NCBI GenBank assembly: GCA_032128375.1
Contig: JAQBGU010000199.1
Coordinates: 1 to 43,419 of the forward strand
Origin: Deltaproteobacteria bacterium
Lineage (GTDB): Bacteria; Myxococcota_A; UBA9160; SMWR01
Length of the DNA: 43,419 bases
Direction: 5' to 3'
This document shows positions 1 through 10,422 of the stretch, in pieces. Numbering within the stretch: position 1 is the stretch's first letter; each line of letters opens with the position of its first letter. The position numbers and the translations under genes were made by a program. The notes beneath the pieces are model-generated. The model was not told the DNA's origin and did no database searches. It worked only from the letters and a program-made list of their open reading frames with translations.

Positions 1-1
1 T

Positions 2-1382
2 CGACAGCTCACACTGCGGCCCCAGCCCGGCGCAGCAGCCAGCGACAGCGACGAACAGGTGTGGAACTTGATGACAGCGGTCGCCGTGGCCGACCTGGTC
101 GTGAGCTTCGACGCTTGGGCGCCGCCGGACGCTTCGTCTGAACTGCTCGCCACGATCGAAGGGATTGGCGCCAGCCTCACCGCGTCACCGATAAGCGATG
201 CCACCGCGACCGGGCAGGAGGTATTCGACCTCCAATCCGACCCGGCTCGGGGACTTCCCGAGCTGCGTGAGACTCCGGTGCTTCCCGAGGCGCCCGGGCC
301 TGGAGCGGACGCGGGCGCGGGCGCAGAGGCTGCCGGGGCTTCAGCTGCGGGCACCACGACGCGCGTTCGGCAAGGCGGAGGCCGCGAGAGCGAGAATGAA
401 ATCGCGGTCTCCGGCTCGGGCCAGGAGATCGTCATCGGCACCAACGGGGGCTTTTTCTTTTCGAGCGACGGCGGCGTCAACTGGGCAGCCTCGGCCGGCG
501 TGGGGAGTAACGATCCCTCCGTGACATGGGGCCCGACGGGTGGTCCGATGGGCACCTTCTATGCCGCGAACATCACTAGCCCCTCCACAGGTTTCTGGAC
601 CTCGACCAATGGCGGGTCGAGCTTCAGTGGTCCCAACTCCCTCTATACCTGCGGCCAGAACGGCGATCCGGCCTGCGGCGCCGCGTTCCCGGATCAGGAG
701 CACATCGTGGCCGACCGCTTCAACCAGGCAGCTGGCGGCGACCAGGTCTACTCTGCGTGGCGCCACCTCGACGGAAACGTCGGTGTCGTCTGCTCCACTG
801 ACGGTGGGGCGACCTGGGGCACCAACGGATTTTTCTTCTCGGGCGACCTGCCAAAGATCGGCGCCGGACAGGACGGCTTCATCTACGTCGTCTACCACCC
901 CAGCAATGACGACAACGTTCGGCTTGCAAAGTTCATGTCGTGCGAGGCCAATCAGAACCCGATGGTGCGGGTCTTCGACGTGCTCGTCGTGGCGGACCCC
1001 GTGGCGGTCGCGTGTCCGACTCCGGGCCTCGACCGATGCAATTTCCGCAACAGTCTGGCGAGTCCCACCGTGGCAGTGGATGACACAGACCCGAACCACG
1101 TGTTCGTCGCGTATGCGGACAACACGTTCAACACGGGCCCGTCCGGCGACTATTGGCCGGCGTGCACCAACCAGAATCTCTGCAACGAGAACATCGTCGT
1201 GCAGGACTCCGAGGATGGAGGCAATACCTGGGCGCCGGGCGACCCCGACCGCACCGTCGTCATCAGCTCAGGCATCACGGCACGCCGCTTCATGCCCTGG
1301 GTTTGTACAGTCGGCGGCACGGCTTACGTGAGCTGGTTCGACCGACGCGCGGCGAGTCCGGGTGGGACCACCGTTTCGAATA
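2..1382 (+). pseudogene. Asp-box/BNR-repeat (sialidase-like beta-propeller) protein; 5' end outside window, 3' end truncated by IS630
   Basis: Frame is open from position 2. Four Asp-box motifs (SSDGGVNW, STNGGSSF, STDGGATW, SEDGGNTW) and many Cys. The ORF tail after GTTVSN (to 1477) is read-through into the IS630 end. Confidence 0.75.
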
Positions 1383-1410
1383 TTGATATACGTATAAATA
1401 ACGCAATAGT
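1381..1410. repeat. IS630 terminal inverted repeat (downstream of transposase)
   Basis: tattgatatacgtataaataacgcaatagt; pairs with 2455-2484. Confidence 0.9.
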
Positions 1411-2431
1411 CAGCGCAAAAAAGGGGGAAGCTCCGATTGATGGATGCATCTTCGAAGGCGGCGCTGGGACCTCTTGATGTCTCGAAGCGTGCGGCGAAGA
1501 TGACGACTCATCACGGTGAGGTCGTCGGGCCTACCGTTGGCCAGACGCCCTTTAGCGTCGGCCCAGACGGCTTCGTCGGGGTTGAGCTGTGGGGCGTACG
1601 GCGGAAGGAGTTCGAGATGCAGTCTCGGAAATCGGCGACAGATTTCCCGAATCGGTTCTCCTTTGTGAATGCTGGCGTTGTCCCAGATGACGAAGACGTG
1701 ACCCCGAAGGTGGCGCAGCAGGTGCCGGAGGAATTCGCAGACCTCGTCGTGTCGGATGTTCTTCGCGTGGCAAAGGAAATACAAGCCGACGCGCTGACGC
1801 CGGGGAGCAATCGAGAGGCCCGAGATCACAGAGATGCGATCATGCCGGTAGCGATGATGCAGGAGGGGAGTCTGACCGCGAGGAGCCCAGGTCTTTCGCA
1901 CCGTGGGGATCAAGAGGAAGCCCGACTCGTCGACGAAGACGATGTGGGCACCCAGCCGCGCAGCGTTTTTTTTACCCGAAGCCAATCCTTGCGCTTCCAG
2001 CGATCGATCTTCTCTTCGTCGCGCTCGAGGGCGCGACGCTCCGGCTTCTGATAGCTCCAGCCCAACTGCCGCAAGAGCCGAGCCACGTGATTGCGGTGGT
2101 AGCGGACGCGGAACTCGCGTCGAATCAGTCGCACGACCCGGTCGCAGGTCCACAGGTCTGTGCGATGCCCGTGGGCCATCGGTCCCTTCAGGAGAAGTCG
2201 TACGAGTCGCTTCTTCTGCGCCACCGAAAGCTTCGGAGGGCGACCCGGGGACGCCCCCACCTCATACACGGCGTCGCCCCGTTCCTCCCGCCTGTCGCGC
2301 CATCGCATGACCGAACTCGCTTCACATCCAAGCCGCCGCGCGACCTCGTTCAAGGAAAGCCCTGCATCCACCAGTGTCAATGCGCGCCGGCGACGGTCCG
2401 AAAGAACCCCGGCCGAACCCTTGGGTCTCAT
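1410..2431 (-). CDS. IS630 transposase, expressed through a -1 frameshift (HTH ORF 1910-2431 plus DDE ORF)
   Basis: N-terminal HTH (GLSLNEVARRLG) and winged helix (DLWT...YHRNHVARLLRQLGWSYQKP). The DDE part has FVDESGF, IWDNASIH and PQLNPDE. An A8 run on the minus strand (T8 at 1966-1973) joins VKK to KKNAAR in the -1 frame. Confidence 0.9.
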
Positions 2432-2454
2432 GAGTAGGCACCCCCCGAGTACCT

Positions 2455-2484
2455 ACTATTGCATTATTTACGAGTATATCAATA
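2455..2484. repeat. IS630 terminal inverted repeat (upstream of transposase)
   Basis: Reverse complement is tattgatatactcgtaaataatgcaatagt. Confidence 0.9.
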
Positions 2485-4343
2485 AGTAAGCGGGATCGCT
2501 GGACGGGTGTGTGTAGAGGGTCCAGGAATCGAGAACGGGAGCGCGCTTCCTGGTGTAATCTCGGTTTTCCAAAGACCCTAGATCCTCCAGAAAGCGACGC
2601 TCCCGAGTGAAGAAATCTACTTCGTCTGTTCGTGCAAGTCACCTGAACACGGGCACGGGAATTCCAGAGGACGAACTCGTCTGGCCCGAAACGTCAGGTC
2701 GTGTGACCCGGTTGCCACGGCTGCATCTGGAGGTCGATGAACGCTCCACGGTCACCTCGTTCGGTGGCGTGGCGCTGGCCGCGGCTTTCTTCAAGCGCTT
2801 TCGCGTGGCGCAGGAGATCGACGACCGGGTCCACGTGTTGAAGCTTCATCTTCCATTCCACGAGTCGGACCACATCCTGGCTCAGGCGCTGAACCTGTAC
2901 GTCGGCGGGGAGTGTTTGGAGGACCAGGCGACCCTGCAGCACGACGAGGGTGTGCTTCGGATGCTGGGCGCGTGCCGGCTTCCAGACCCGACGACCGCGG
3001 GAGATTTTCTGCGCCGGTTCGATGAGCGGCGCAACCCCGGAGCACTTGCGGGTCTTCGCGCGGCGACCGATGCGGTCCAGGACGCGGTGTGGGGGAAGCT
3101 GGCCGGGAAGCGGAAGAAGAAGCGAGACGTGGCGGTGGTCGATCTAGACGGCCACACCAAGACCCTCTACGGGGTCCAGAAGGAAGGAGCGGACTACGAC
3201 TACCAGGGTCGCTGGTCGTACAGCGTGTTGTTGGCCTCGCTGGCAGGAACCGGGGAATGTCTGGCGGTACGCAATCGGCCGGGCAACCTGCGTTCAAGCA
3301 ACGGGGCAGCAGAGTTGCTGGAACAGACCCTGCCTCGCGTGAAGCGGCGCTTCGCGGACGTGCTGGTGCGAGCGGACAGCGATTTCGATCGCCAGGATGT
3401 GCGCAAGGCCTGCGAGGCCGAGGGTGCCTTCTTTGCTTTCGTTGCGCGGGAGGCCACGAATCGACACTCCTGGGCCGAGGGAGTCGCAGAGTCGGCGTGG
3501 AAGCCTTTCCGAACGCGGGATCACCGGCGACGAGCCGCAGAGCGCCGGGCCCGGGGCTTCGAACCTCGTCGCAAGAAGCGCGATCGAAAGAAACGCCGTG
3601 CACGCGAGCGCGGCTACACGAATCTCCAGCTCAAGCGACAGTCGGTGGCCGAGATTCCCTGGACGCCAACGGACTCCGCGAAGACCTACCGCATGATTTT
3701 TCGTCGCCAGCTCATCGAGGAATCCAAAGGCCAGGAGTCGCTGTTCGAGTTCTATCGCTATCGCTATGTCGTGACGAACTTGCCGAACTCGTGGTCGGCC
3801 GAGGAGGTGATCGACGCCACCTACGAACGCTGCGATCAAGAGAATGTGATCGAGCAGATGGGCAGTGGCGTGGCGCTGTGGCGGATGCCGGTGGCCGAGT
3901 TCGACGGCAACAGCGCCTGGCTCGAGATCGGGCGTTTGGCCTGGAACCTGGGCAAGTGGATCGCCCAGCTCACGTTGCCTGCTGAGGTCGTGCGTTGGGA
4001 GTGGAAGCGCTTCCGTCGCTCGTTCGTGTACATCGCGACGGAAGTGATTTACCGCAGTCGCCAACGCTGGCTACAGTTCAGTCCAGCACACCGATTTGCA
4101 GGGCTGCTGATTGACGCTCATGTGCAGCTACAGACCTAGAATCGCGATCGAGAATTTTCAGGGCACGAACCAGCCGGGTGAGCAATGCTCGCGAATCGTC
4201 GATACCCATAAACGCTCGGTAACACAGCACAAATCAACCCTCTTCGGATCCCTCAATACGCGGCCGAATCCCCATATGAGTCATTTTCTGATTTCTTCGT
4301 GCACGATCTGGCAAACTTAAACCGAAGAGCGCTTATTTCAGGG
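2483..4343 (+). mobile_element. IS1380-family insertion sequence with apparently clipped left end
   Basis: Contains an IS1380-type transposase. Right end cgcttatttcaggg (4330-4343; rc ccctgaaataagcg) matches taagtaagcg at 2483-2492 at 8/10 positions. Boundaries are inferred. Confidence 0.75.
2607..4139 (+). CDS. IS1380-family DDE transposase
   Basis: Motifs TSFGG, LPDPTTAGDFLRRF, VDLDG, VRADSDF, YVVTNL and YERCDQENVIEQ; 510 aa. Confidence 0.92.
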   Translation: MKKSTSSVRASHLNTGTGIPEDELVWPETSGRVTRLPRLHLEVDERSTVTSFGGVALAAAFFKRFRVAQEIDDRVHVLKLHLPFHESDHILAQALNLYVGGECLEDQATLQHDEGVLRMLGACRLPDPTTAGDFLRRFDERRNPGALAGLRAATDAVQDAVWGKLAGKRKKKRDVAVVDLDGHTKTLYGVQKEGADYDYQGRWSYSVLLASLAGTGECLAVRNRPGNLRSSNGAAELLEQTLPRVKRRFADVLVRADSDFDRQDVRKACEAEGAFFAFVAREATNRHSWAEGVAESAWKPFRTRDHRRRAAERRARGFEPRRKKRDRKKRRARERGYTNLQLKRQSVAEIPWTPTDSAKTYRMIFRRQLIEESKGQESLFEFYRYRYVVTNLPNSWSAEEVIDATYERCDQENVIEQMGSGVALWRMPVAEFDGNSAWLEIGRLAWNLGKWIAQLTLPAEVVRWEWKRFRRSFVYIATEVIYRSRQRWLQFSPAHRFAGLLIDAHVQLQT

Positions 4344-4376
4344 CTAGCGTCGCTGTCGACAACCCCGGAGGCCCAG

Positions 4377-5111
4377 ATGATCGACCTGCACTATTGGCCC
4401 ACCCCGAACGGCAAAAAAGTGACGATCCTGCTCGAAGAGTGCGGCATGCCGTATCGCGTTGTCCCCTGCGCGATTGGCCAGGGCGACCAGTTCAAGGCCG
4501 ATTTTCTGGCGATCTGCCCGAACAATCGGATGCCCGCGATGATCGATACCGAGCCCTCGGGCGGCGGCGAGCCGATCACACTCTTCGAATCCGGCGCCAT
4601 CCTGATGTACATCGCCGAGAAGGCGGGGCAGTTCTATCCCCAAGATCTGCGCGGCCGCTACGAAGTGAACCAGTGGCTGATTTGGCAGATGGCAAATCAA
4701 GGCCCCAAGACCGGCGAGTGTGGCCACTTTCGACGGCTCGGCGATTCCCAGGGAGACCAATCGTATGCCGTCAGGCGCTTCGAGGACGAAGTCAATCGGC
4801 TGTATGGCGTGATGAACAATCGCCTGTACGACCGGCGTTATCTGGTGGGCGATGAATACACGATCGCCGACATGATCTCGTACCCCTGGACAGTCAACTG
4901 GGAAGGCCAAGGTCAGGACATCGGCGAGTTCCCGTACTTCAAGCGATGGTTCGAAGAACTCAGCGCGCGTGAAGGCGTCAAGCGCGGTATGGATGTCGGT
5001 TCGGGCCAGACGCAGGACTACAGCGAGCTTTCGAAGCAGGAAATCGCGAGAGTCCGCAAGCTTCTCTACAACCAGCGCGCCAGGCCGGCCCCGCCCGGCG
5101 GGCTGCTCTAG
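4377..5111 (+). CDS. Glutathione S-transferase, Nu class (YfcG/YghU-like disulfide oxidoreductase)
   Basis: MIDLHYWPTPNGKKV, PNNRMPA, FESGAIL and YTIADM motifs. A GGAGG RBS lies before ATG 4377. Confidence 0.9.
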   Translation: MIDLHYWPTPNGKKVTILLEECGMPYRVVPCAIGQGDQFKADFLAICPNNRMPAMIDTEPSGGGEPITLFESGAILMYIAEKAGQFYPQDLRGRYEVNQWLIWQMANQGPKTGECGHFRRLGDSQGDQSYAVRRFEDEVNRLYGVMNNRLYDRRYLVGDEYTIADMISYPWTVNWEGQGQDIGEFPYFKRWFEELSAREGVKRGMDVGSGQTQDYSELSKQEIARVRKLLYNQRARPAPPGGLL

Positions 5112-5208
5112 CAGCCGACGGCGCTGCCGAGCAGAGACATCCTCGTGCGGACGCGCGTAAGTCATCGGGTCCGTCAAGGCGGCAAGCCAGCCCGCCGATG
5201 AATGAGAC

Positions 5209-5814
5209 ATGCGAAACACCTACGCATGTCTGCTGGTCTGCATCGCGCTCTCGGCGCGCGCAGACATCTACCGCTGCATCGACTCAGATGGCCAGATCCG
5301 CTTCACCGACGACGCGAGTGATTGCGAGATCGCACAGCCGGTGACTCTCGAACCAGCGCCAGCGTCCACTTGCGACGAACAGCAGAATTGTTCATCAGCC
5401 GCCTCACCCGCCTCTCAGCCCGCGGGCCGCGACCGAGATCACTCCGCGCACTTCGTGCCGCTGCGCGAACTGGGCTCCGAATGGAGCCTGGTCGACGATG
5501 CACCCGAAGCCATCGATTCAGAGTCGAGAAGCTATGGGCTCACCCACACATCGACACGTCACTACGCAAGATCCAGCGGGCGCGTGTCGCAAGTCTGCTC
5601 GGTCGAATTGTGGCAATTCGAACAGGCCGAAGCGGCGAGCAGAGTCGCAAGCAGCTTGGCATTACCGCACTGGCAGGTGCTGCAGGCTGGCTCGCTGCTG
5701 GTCCTGACTCACGGCGTTCGCCTCGAGCTGGGGGCCAGCTCGGACGCGCGCCTCCACGAAGCTTGTGTGGAATTGGGTCGGCTCACGCACGAACGCATTT
5801 CTCGGGGACACTGA
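5209..5814 (+). CDS. Secreted DUF4124-domain protein
   Basis: Signal peptide ending ARA, followed by DIYRCIDSDGQIRFTD, the typical DUF4124 start. Confidence 0.75.
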   Translation: MRNTYACLLVCIALSARADIYRCIDSDGQIRFTDDASDCEIAQPVTLEPAPASTCDEQQNCSSAASPASQPAGRDRDHSAHFVPLRELGSEWSLVDDAPEAIDSESRSYGLTHTSTRHYARSSGRVSQVCSVELWQFEQAEAASRVASSLALPHWQVLQAGSLLVLTHGVRLELGASSDARLHEACVELGRLTHERISRGH

Positions 5815-5879
5815 GTACGCATTGACGAATGGATCCCTACCGGAGACCCTCTGCAAGTTCCCTGCCCGAGGATGCGCCG

Positions 5880-7049
5880 ATGGATCGAGACACCTACCTC
5901 GCCGTTTTGCGCCCACTGTTGCCCGCGATCGCCGACCGAGCCGTTGCCTGTGAGCAGCTGCGTCGGGTTCCCGACGACACCTTCAAGGCCTTCAAGCAAG
6001 CCGGGCTACTGCGGGCGCTGCAGCCAAAGCGCTGGGGTGGGTACGAACTCGACCCGCTGACTTTCTACGACGGCTGCATCGAGGTTGCCAGCGTATGTGC
6101 TTCGAGCGCCTGGGTGCTCGGAGTGGTGGGTGTTCACAACTGGCAGCTCGCACTGTTCCCCGAGCAGGCCCAGCAAGACGTTTGGGGAGACGATTCGAGC
6201 GCGCAGATCAGCTCGTCCTATGCACCGACGGGAAAGGTCGAGCGTGTCGATGGCGGCTTTCGCATCTCGGGCCGCTGGTCGTTTTCCAGTGGATGTGACC
6301 ACTGCGACTGGGTTTTTCTCGGCGGCATCGTTCCGGGCGACGGGCCGCCCCCGGACATGCGTACCTTTCTGCTGCCACGCAGCGACTACGAGATCGATGA
6401 CACCTGGCACGTTGCTGGCCTGTCTGGGACCGGTAGCAAGGACATCGTCGTGGAGCGCGCATTCGTTCCGGAGCATCGCACCCACCGATTCATCGACGCC
6501 TTCCTCTTCCAAAGCCCGGGTCATGCGGTCAACCCGAGTCCCCTCTACCGGCTGCCCTTTGCGTCGATCTTCGCCTTCGGTATCGCGGTTCCGGCGATCG
6601 GAGCGGGGCTGGGCGCCCTCGCGACCTACCGCGCGCAGATGCGCGAGAAGCTCTCGGCCTACGACGGCAAGAAGGTGGCGGAGGATCCCATCGCACAGGC
6701 GCGTGTCTCCGACGCCGCCGGAGAAATCGACGCGGCACGAGCACTCATGCATCTGACGTGGGAGCCGATGATCGCACTCGCAGAAGCGGGTGAAAACATT
6801 GCGCTGTCTCAGCGCATCCGCGCGCGGCGAAATTCGGCGGACATCGTGCGCCGTGGGATGCGCGCCGTCGACCTGCTCTTCGAGGCCAGCGGCGGTCGCG
6901 GCATTTTCCTCGATAACCCGATGCAGCGCTTTTTTCGCGACGTGCACGCGATGCGCGCGCACGCGATCAACAATATCGACAAAGCCAGCAGCTTGTTCGG
7001 CCGCGCCGAATTGATGCCAGATGCACCGCCTAGCGAGCTGTTTCTCTAA
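5880..7049 (+). CDS. hsaA: Two-component flavin-dependent monooxygenase, oxygenase subunit (HsaA/TesA-like)
   Basis: LQPKRWGG, GVHNWQLALF, SSSYAPTG, GRWSFSSGCDH, GLSGTGS and QRFFRDVHA motifs. GAGGA RBS; adjacent extradiol dioxygenase. Confidence 0.8.
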   Translation: MDRDTYLAVLRPLLPAIADRAVACEQLRRVPDDTFKAFKQAGLLRALQPKRWGGYELDPLTFYDGCIEVASVCASSAWVLGVVGVHNWQLALFPEQAQQDVWGDDSSAQISSSYAPTGKVERVDGGFRISGRWSFSSGCDHCDWVFLGGIVPGDGPPPDMRTFLLPRSDYEIDDTWHVAGLSGTGSKDIVVERAFVPEHRTHRFIDAFLFQSPGHAVNPSPLYRLPFASIFAFGIAVPAIGAGLGALATYRAQMREKLSAYDGKKVAEDPIAQARVSDAAGEIDAARALMHLTWEPMIALAEAGENIALSQRIRARRNSADIVRRGMRAVDLLFEASGGRGIFLDNPMQRFFRDVHAMRAHAINNIDKASSLFGRAELMPDAPPSELFL

Positions 7050-7075
7050 GCGGAAAGCGGAAAGCGAGAAGCGAA
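7048..7075 (+). repeat. 7-bp degenerate tandem repeat x4
   Basis: aagcgga aagcgga aagcgag aagcgaa between hsaA and hsaC. Confidence 0.6.
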
Positions 7076-7117
7076 CCGATTCTGCTGGTACGCTCTGAGT
7101 CACGATAAGGAGTCGCC

Positions 7118-8092
<975 letters not shown>

Positions 8093-8093
8093 G

Positions 8094-8570
8094 ATGTTCG
8101 CGAAGCTCCTCTTTTCGTGGACCTGCTCGTGCCCGCGCTCGCAATCGGTGCCGATCCCGAGCCGTTCGCGGCCGGCGACGATTTCGGCGCTGGGCTCACG
8201 CTGGAAGAAGTGACGCCACTTTCCGAAGTCGTCGCTCACCCGGATCGTTTCGAGCGCACACCCGTGCTGGTTCGCGGCCGCATCAGCGATGTCTGCCAGA
8301 CGAAAGGCTGTTGGACCGTCATCACGGACGACACCGTCAGCGTTCGGGTCCGCTTCCACGACTACGGATTTCCTCCCGAAGGATTCGACCCGACGCACGG
8401 CGATTGTCGAGGGGCTCGTAAATACCCAGGTGCTCACCGAAGAGATCGCACGCCACTACGCCGGCGAGTCTACGTCGTCAGACGGCGAGCCGAGCCAGCT
8501 CCACGGCGATCAGCGCGTCGTTGGCTTCACCGCGACCGGGGTGCGACTCCTGACCAGGCATCCGCGCTGA
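8094..8570 (+). pseudogene. DUF4920-like secreted OB-fold protein with apparent frameshifts
   Basis: VRGRISDVCQTKGCW...VRVRFHDYGF in one frame continues as FLPKD...AIVEG...FTATGV in another (shift near 8370). A probable second shift near 8120 links ATG 8094 (MFAKLLFSW) to LLVPALAIGA. Confidence 0.7.
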
Positions 8571-8583
8571 CCGAATAACAGCC

Positions 8584-9813
8584 TCAGTCGAACTCGATGT
8601 GCAGCGCCTTCAAGCTGCGCACGAACAGGCTCGGGACGTGACGGAAGTCGTTGCTTTGGGCGAGCCGCAATGAGCGGGTACGCAGAAGCAGCGTCTCGAG
8701 TGCGAGGCGGGTCTCGAGGCGCGCGAGCGCGGCACCGATACAGTGGTGAATACCGATTCCGAAGCTGAGGTGCGCGCGGAGGTTGGGGCGCTTCAGGTCA
8801 ACTTCGTCCGGCTTTTCGAACTCGCGCTCATCCCGATTCGCCGATGCCCACGAGAGCATCAGGCGCGTGCCTTATGCGAGAGGAACGCCGGCGAGCTCGG
8901 TGTCGGTTCGCACCACGCGAAAGTGTCCATAGAAGGGAGACTCGAGACGAATCGCCTCTTCGATGAACGCGTCGATCAGGCTCGTATCCGCTCGCAGCCG
9001 CTTCTCCAGATCGGGGTGCTGCAACATCAGCATCGCAGAGCTGCCGATCAAGCTCGTTGTCGTTTCGTTTCCGGCCGTGAGCAGCTGGAGCAGTATCGAC
9101 ACGACCTCGTCGCGACTCAGCGCTTCATCTGGATCCTGCGAAGCGCGGATCAAGTCGCCCAGGACGTCGTCTTCCGGTGCAGCACAGGCGGCATCGAACT
9201 GCTTCGCCAGGTACTCGATCAGCTCGCCGATCTCCGCGGCGTTTGCGGCCACCTGCTCCGGTGTGTTGATCCCACTGAGCAGCGCGACAGACGCGTCGCT
9301 CCAACGCTTGAGCTGGGGCGCGTCGGCCAGGGGCAGCCCGATGAGTTCGGCGATGATCGTGACAGGCAACGGCACCGCCATTTCCTTGACCCAATCCGCC
9401 TCGCCTCGCGGGTGGAACGCGCCCACCAACTCTTCCGCCAGGCTGCGCAGATGGGGCTCGATGCGTGCGACGCGCCGCATCGAGAAGGCCTTGTTCGAAA
9501 GCTTGCGCTGGCGGGTGTGATTCGGCGCATCAGCGATGGCGAGGACATCAACGGCCTGGGCGCCGCCGCTGGGAACCTCAAAGACACTCGGGGTATCGCG
9601 GTCGGTTTGGCCTTGCATCAGCAGCGCAACCAGGTTCGAAGAGAAGGTCTCCGGACTCAGCGCAGCCTGTCTCACGTCCACATAGCGACTGATCACGGTG
9701 TAGACACCATTGGGTAGGCGGTAGACCGGGGCGTCCCGACGCAGAGCCGCGAAAAAATCCCATGGGTCTTCGACGACACTGGGATCAAATGGATCGAACT
9801 CGCTCGGGTGCAT
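8584..9813 (-). pseudogene. Cytochrome P450 with in-frame internal TAA at 8872-8874
   Basis: AGNETT I-helix, EAIR (ExxR) and FGIGIHHCIG heme motif all lie in one frame. The single stop reads GVPLA*GTRLMLSW. GGAGGA RBS before ATG 9813. Confidence 0.88.
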
Positions 9814-9878
9814 GGCCGAAATCCTCCGGAGTTGCTGCGCGGTTTCTTCACCGCCCTTTGGGGTGGGCACAGCCGGAG

Positions 9879-10307
9879 TTACACAGTGAGGTATTGAAAG
9901 GCGCACCGACCGGCAATGAACCACACGGCCAGACTGGAGATCAGGTACAGGTTGAAACGCAGCATTACGATATTGACGGTGCAGTGGACGGCGCTGTGAA
10001 GCACGCGAAATACGACGAAAACCCACGCTGCCGCCATGTACACGCCATCCACATGACCGGTGACGAACAGCACCAGCGCCAACGCGTAGAAGAGCACCGG
10101 CATCTCGAACAGGTTGCTGAGGTTGTCAGATGGATTCGAGACCTCGGGAGGGGACAGTTTCGCGAGCGCACCCGGTACAGCCAATTGTGTCGGTGTGAGC
10201 TGATTTCCGGTGATGAAGCGGATACGCCGGATGTACATGTACACCCAGACGACGAAAGTCAGACAAATCGTCGCAAAGACCGGTCCAAAAATCGCTGACT
10301 GTTGCAT
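9879..10307 (-). CDS. MAPEG family membrane protein
   Basis: SDNLSNLFEMPVLFY and FRVLHSAVH motifs; four hydrophobic helices. Confidence 0.85.
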   Translation of the reverse strand: MQQSAIFGPVFATICLTFVVWVYMYIRRIRFITGNQLTPTQLAVPGALAKLSPPEVSNPSDNLSNLFEMPVLFYALALVLFVTGHVDGVYMAAAWVFVVFRVLHSAVHCTVNIVMLRFNLYLISSLAVWFIAGRCAFQYLTV

Positions 10308-10422
10308 CCCCCCTAGCCCTTCACACAGCGACGCCGCGATCCAGGCAGCCGATACGCTCGCATCCTGTGTTGCCCCATTCGAGTGTCCTCTGTCGGCCCA
10401 ACAGGTCTGGTCGCGCAGCCTT

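Larger units (their letters stand above)
1381..2484 (-). mobile_element. IS630-family insertion sequence (about 1.1 kb)
   Basis: 30-bp terminal inverted repeats at 1381-1410 and 2455-2484 (26/30 identical), each with a terminal TA, enclosing a two-frame transposase. Confidence 0.93.

Noticed and set aside
1383..1477. C-terminal 31 aa of ORF 59..1477
   Set aside because: Read-through into the IS630 inverted repeat and antisense transposase, not part of the native protein.
4299..4376. N-terminal extension of the GST ORF (contains RR, superficially Tat-like)
   Set aside because: Begins inside the IS1380 end. The RBS and family start fit ATG 4377.
6405..6419. tggcacgttgctggc, GG-N10-GC resembling a sigma-54 promoter
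   Set aside because: Lies in mid-CDS of hsaA, encodes WHVAG, and has an imperfect -12 element; probably chance.
8872..8874. Stop-codon recoding in the P450
   Set aside because: The codon is TAA, not TGA or TAG, and TAA terminates other genes here (7049, 9879, 39737).
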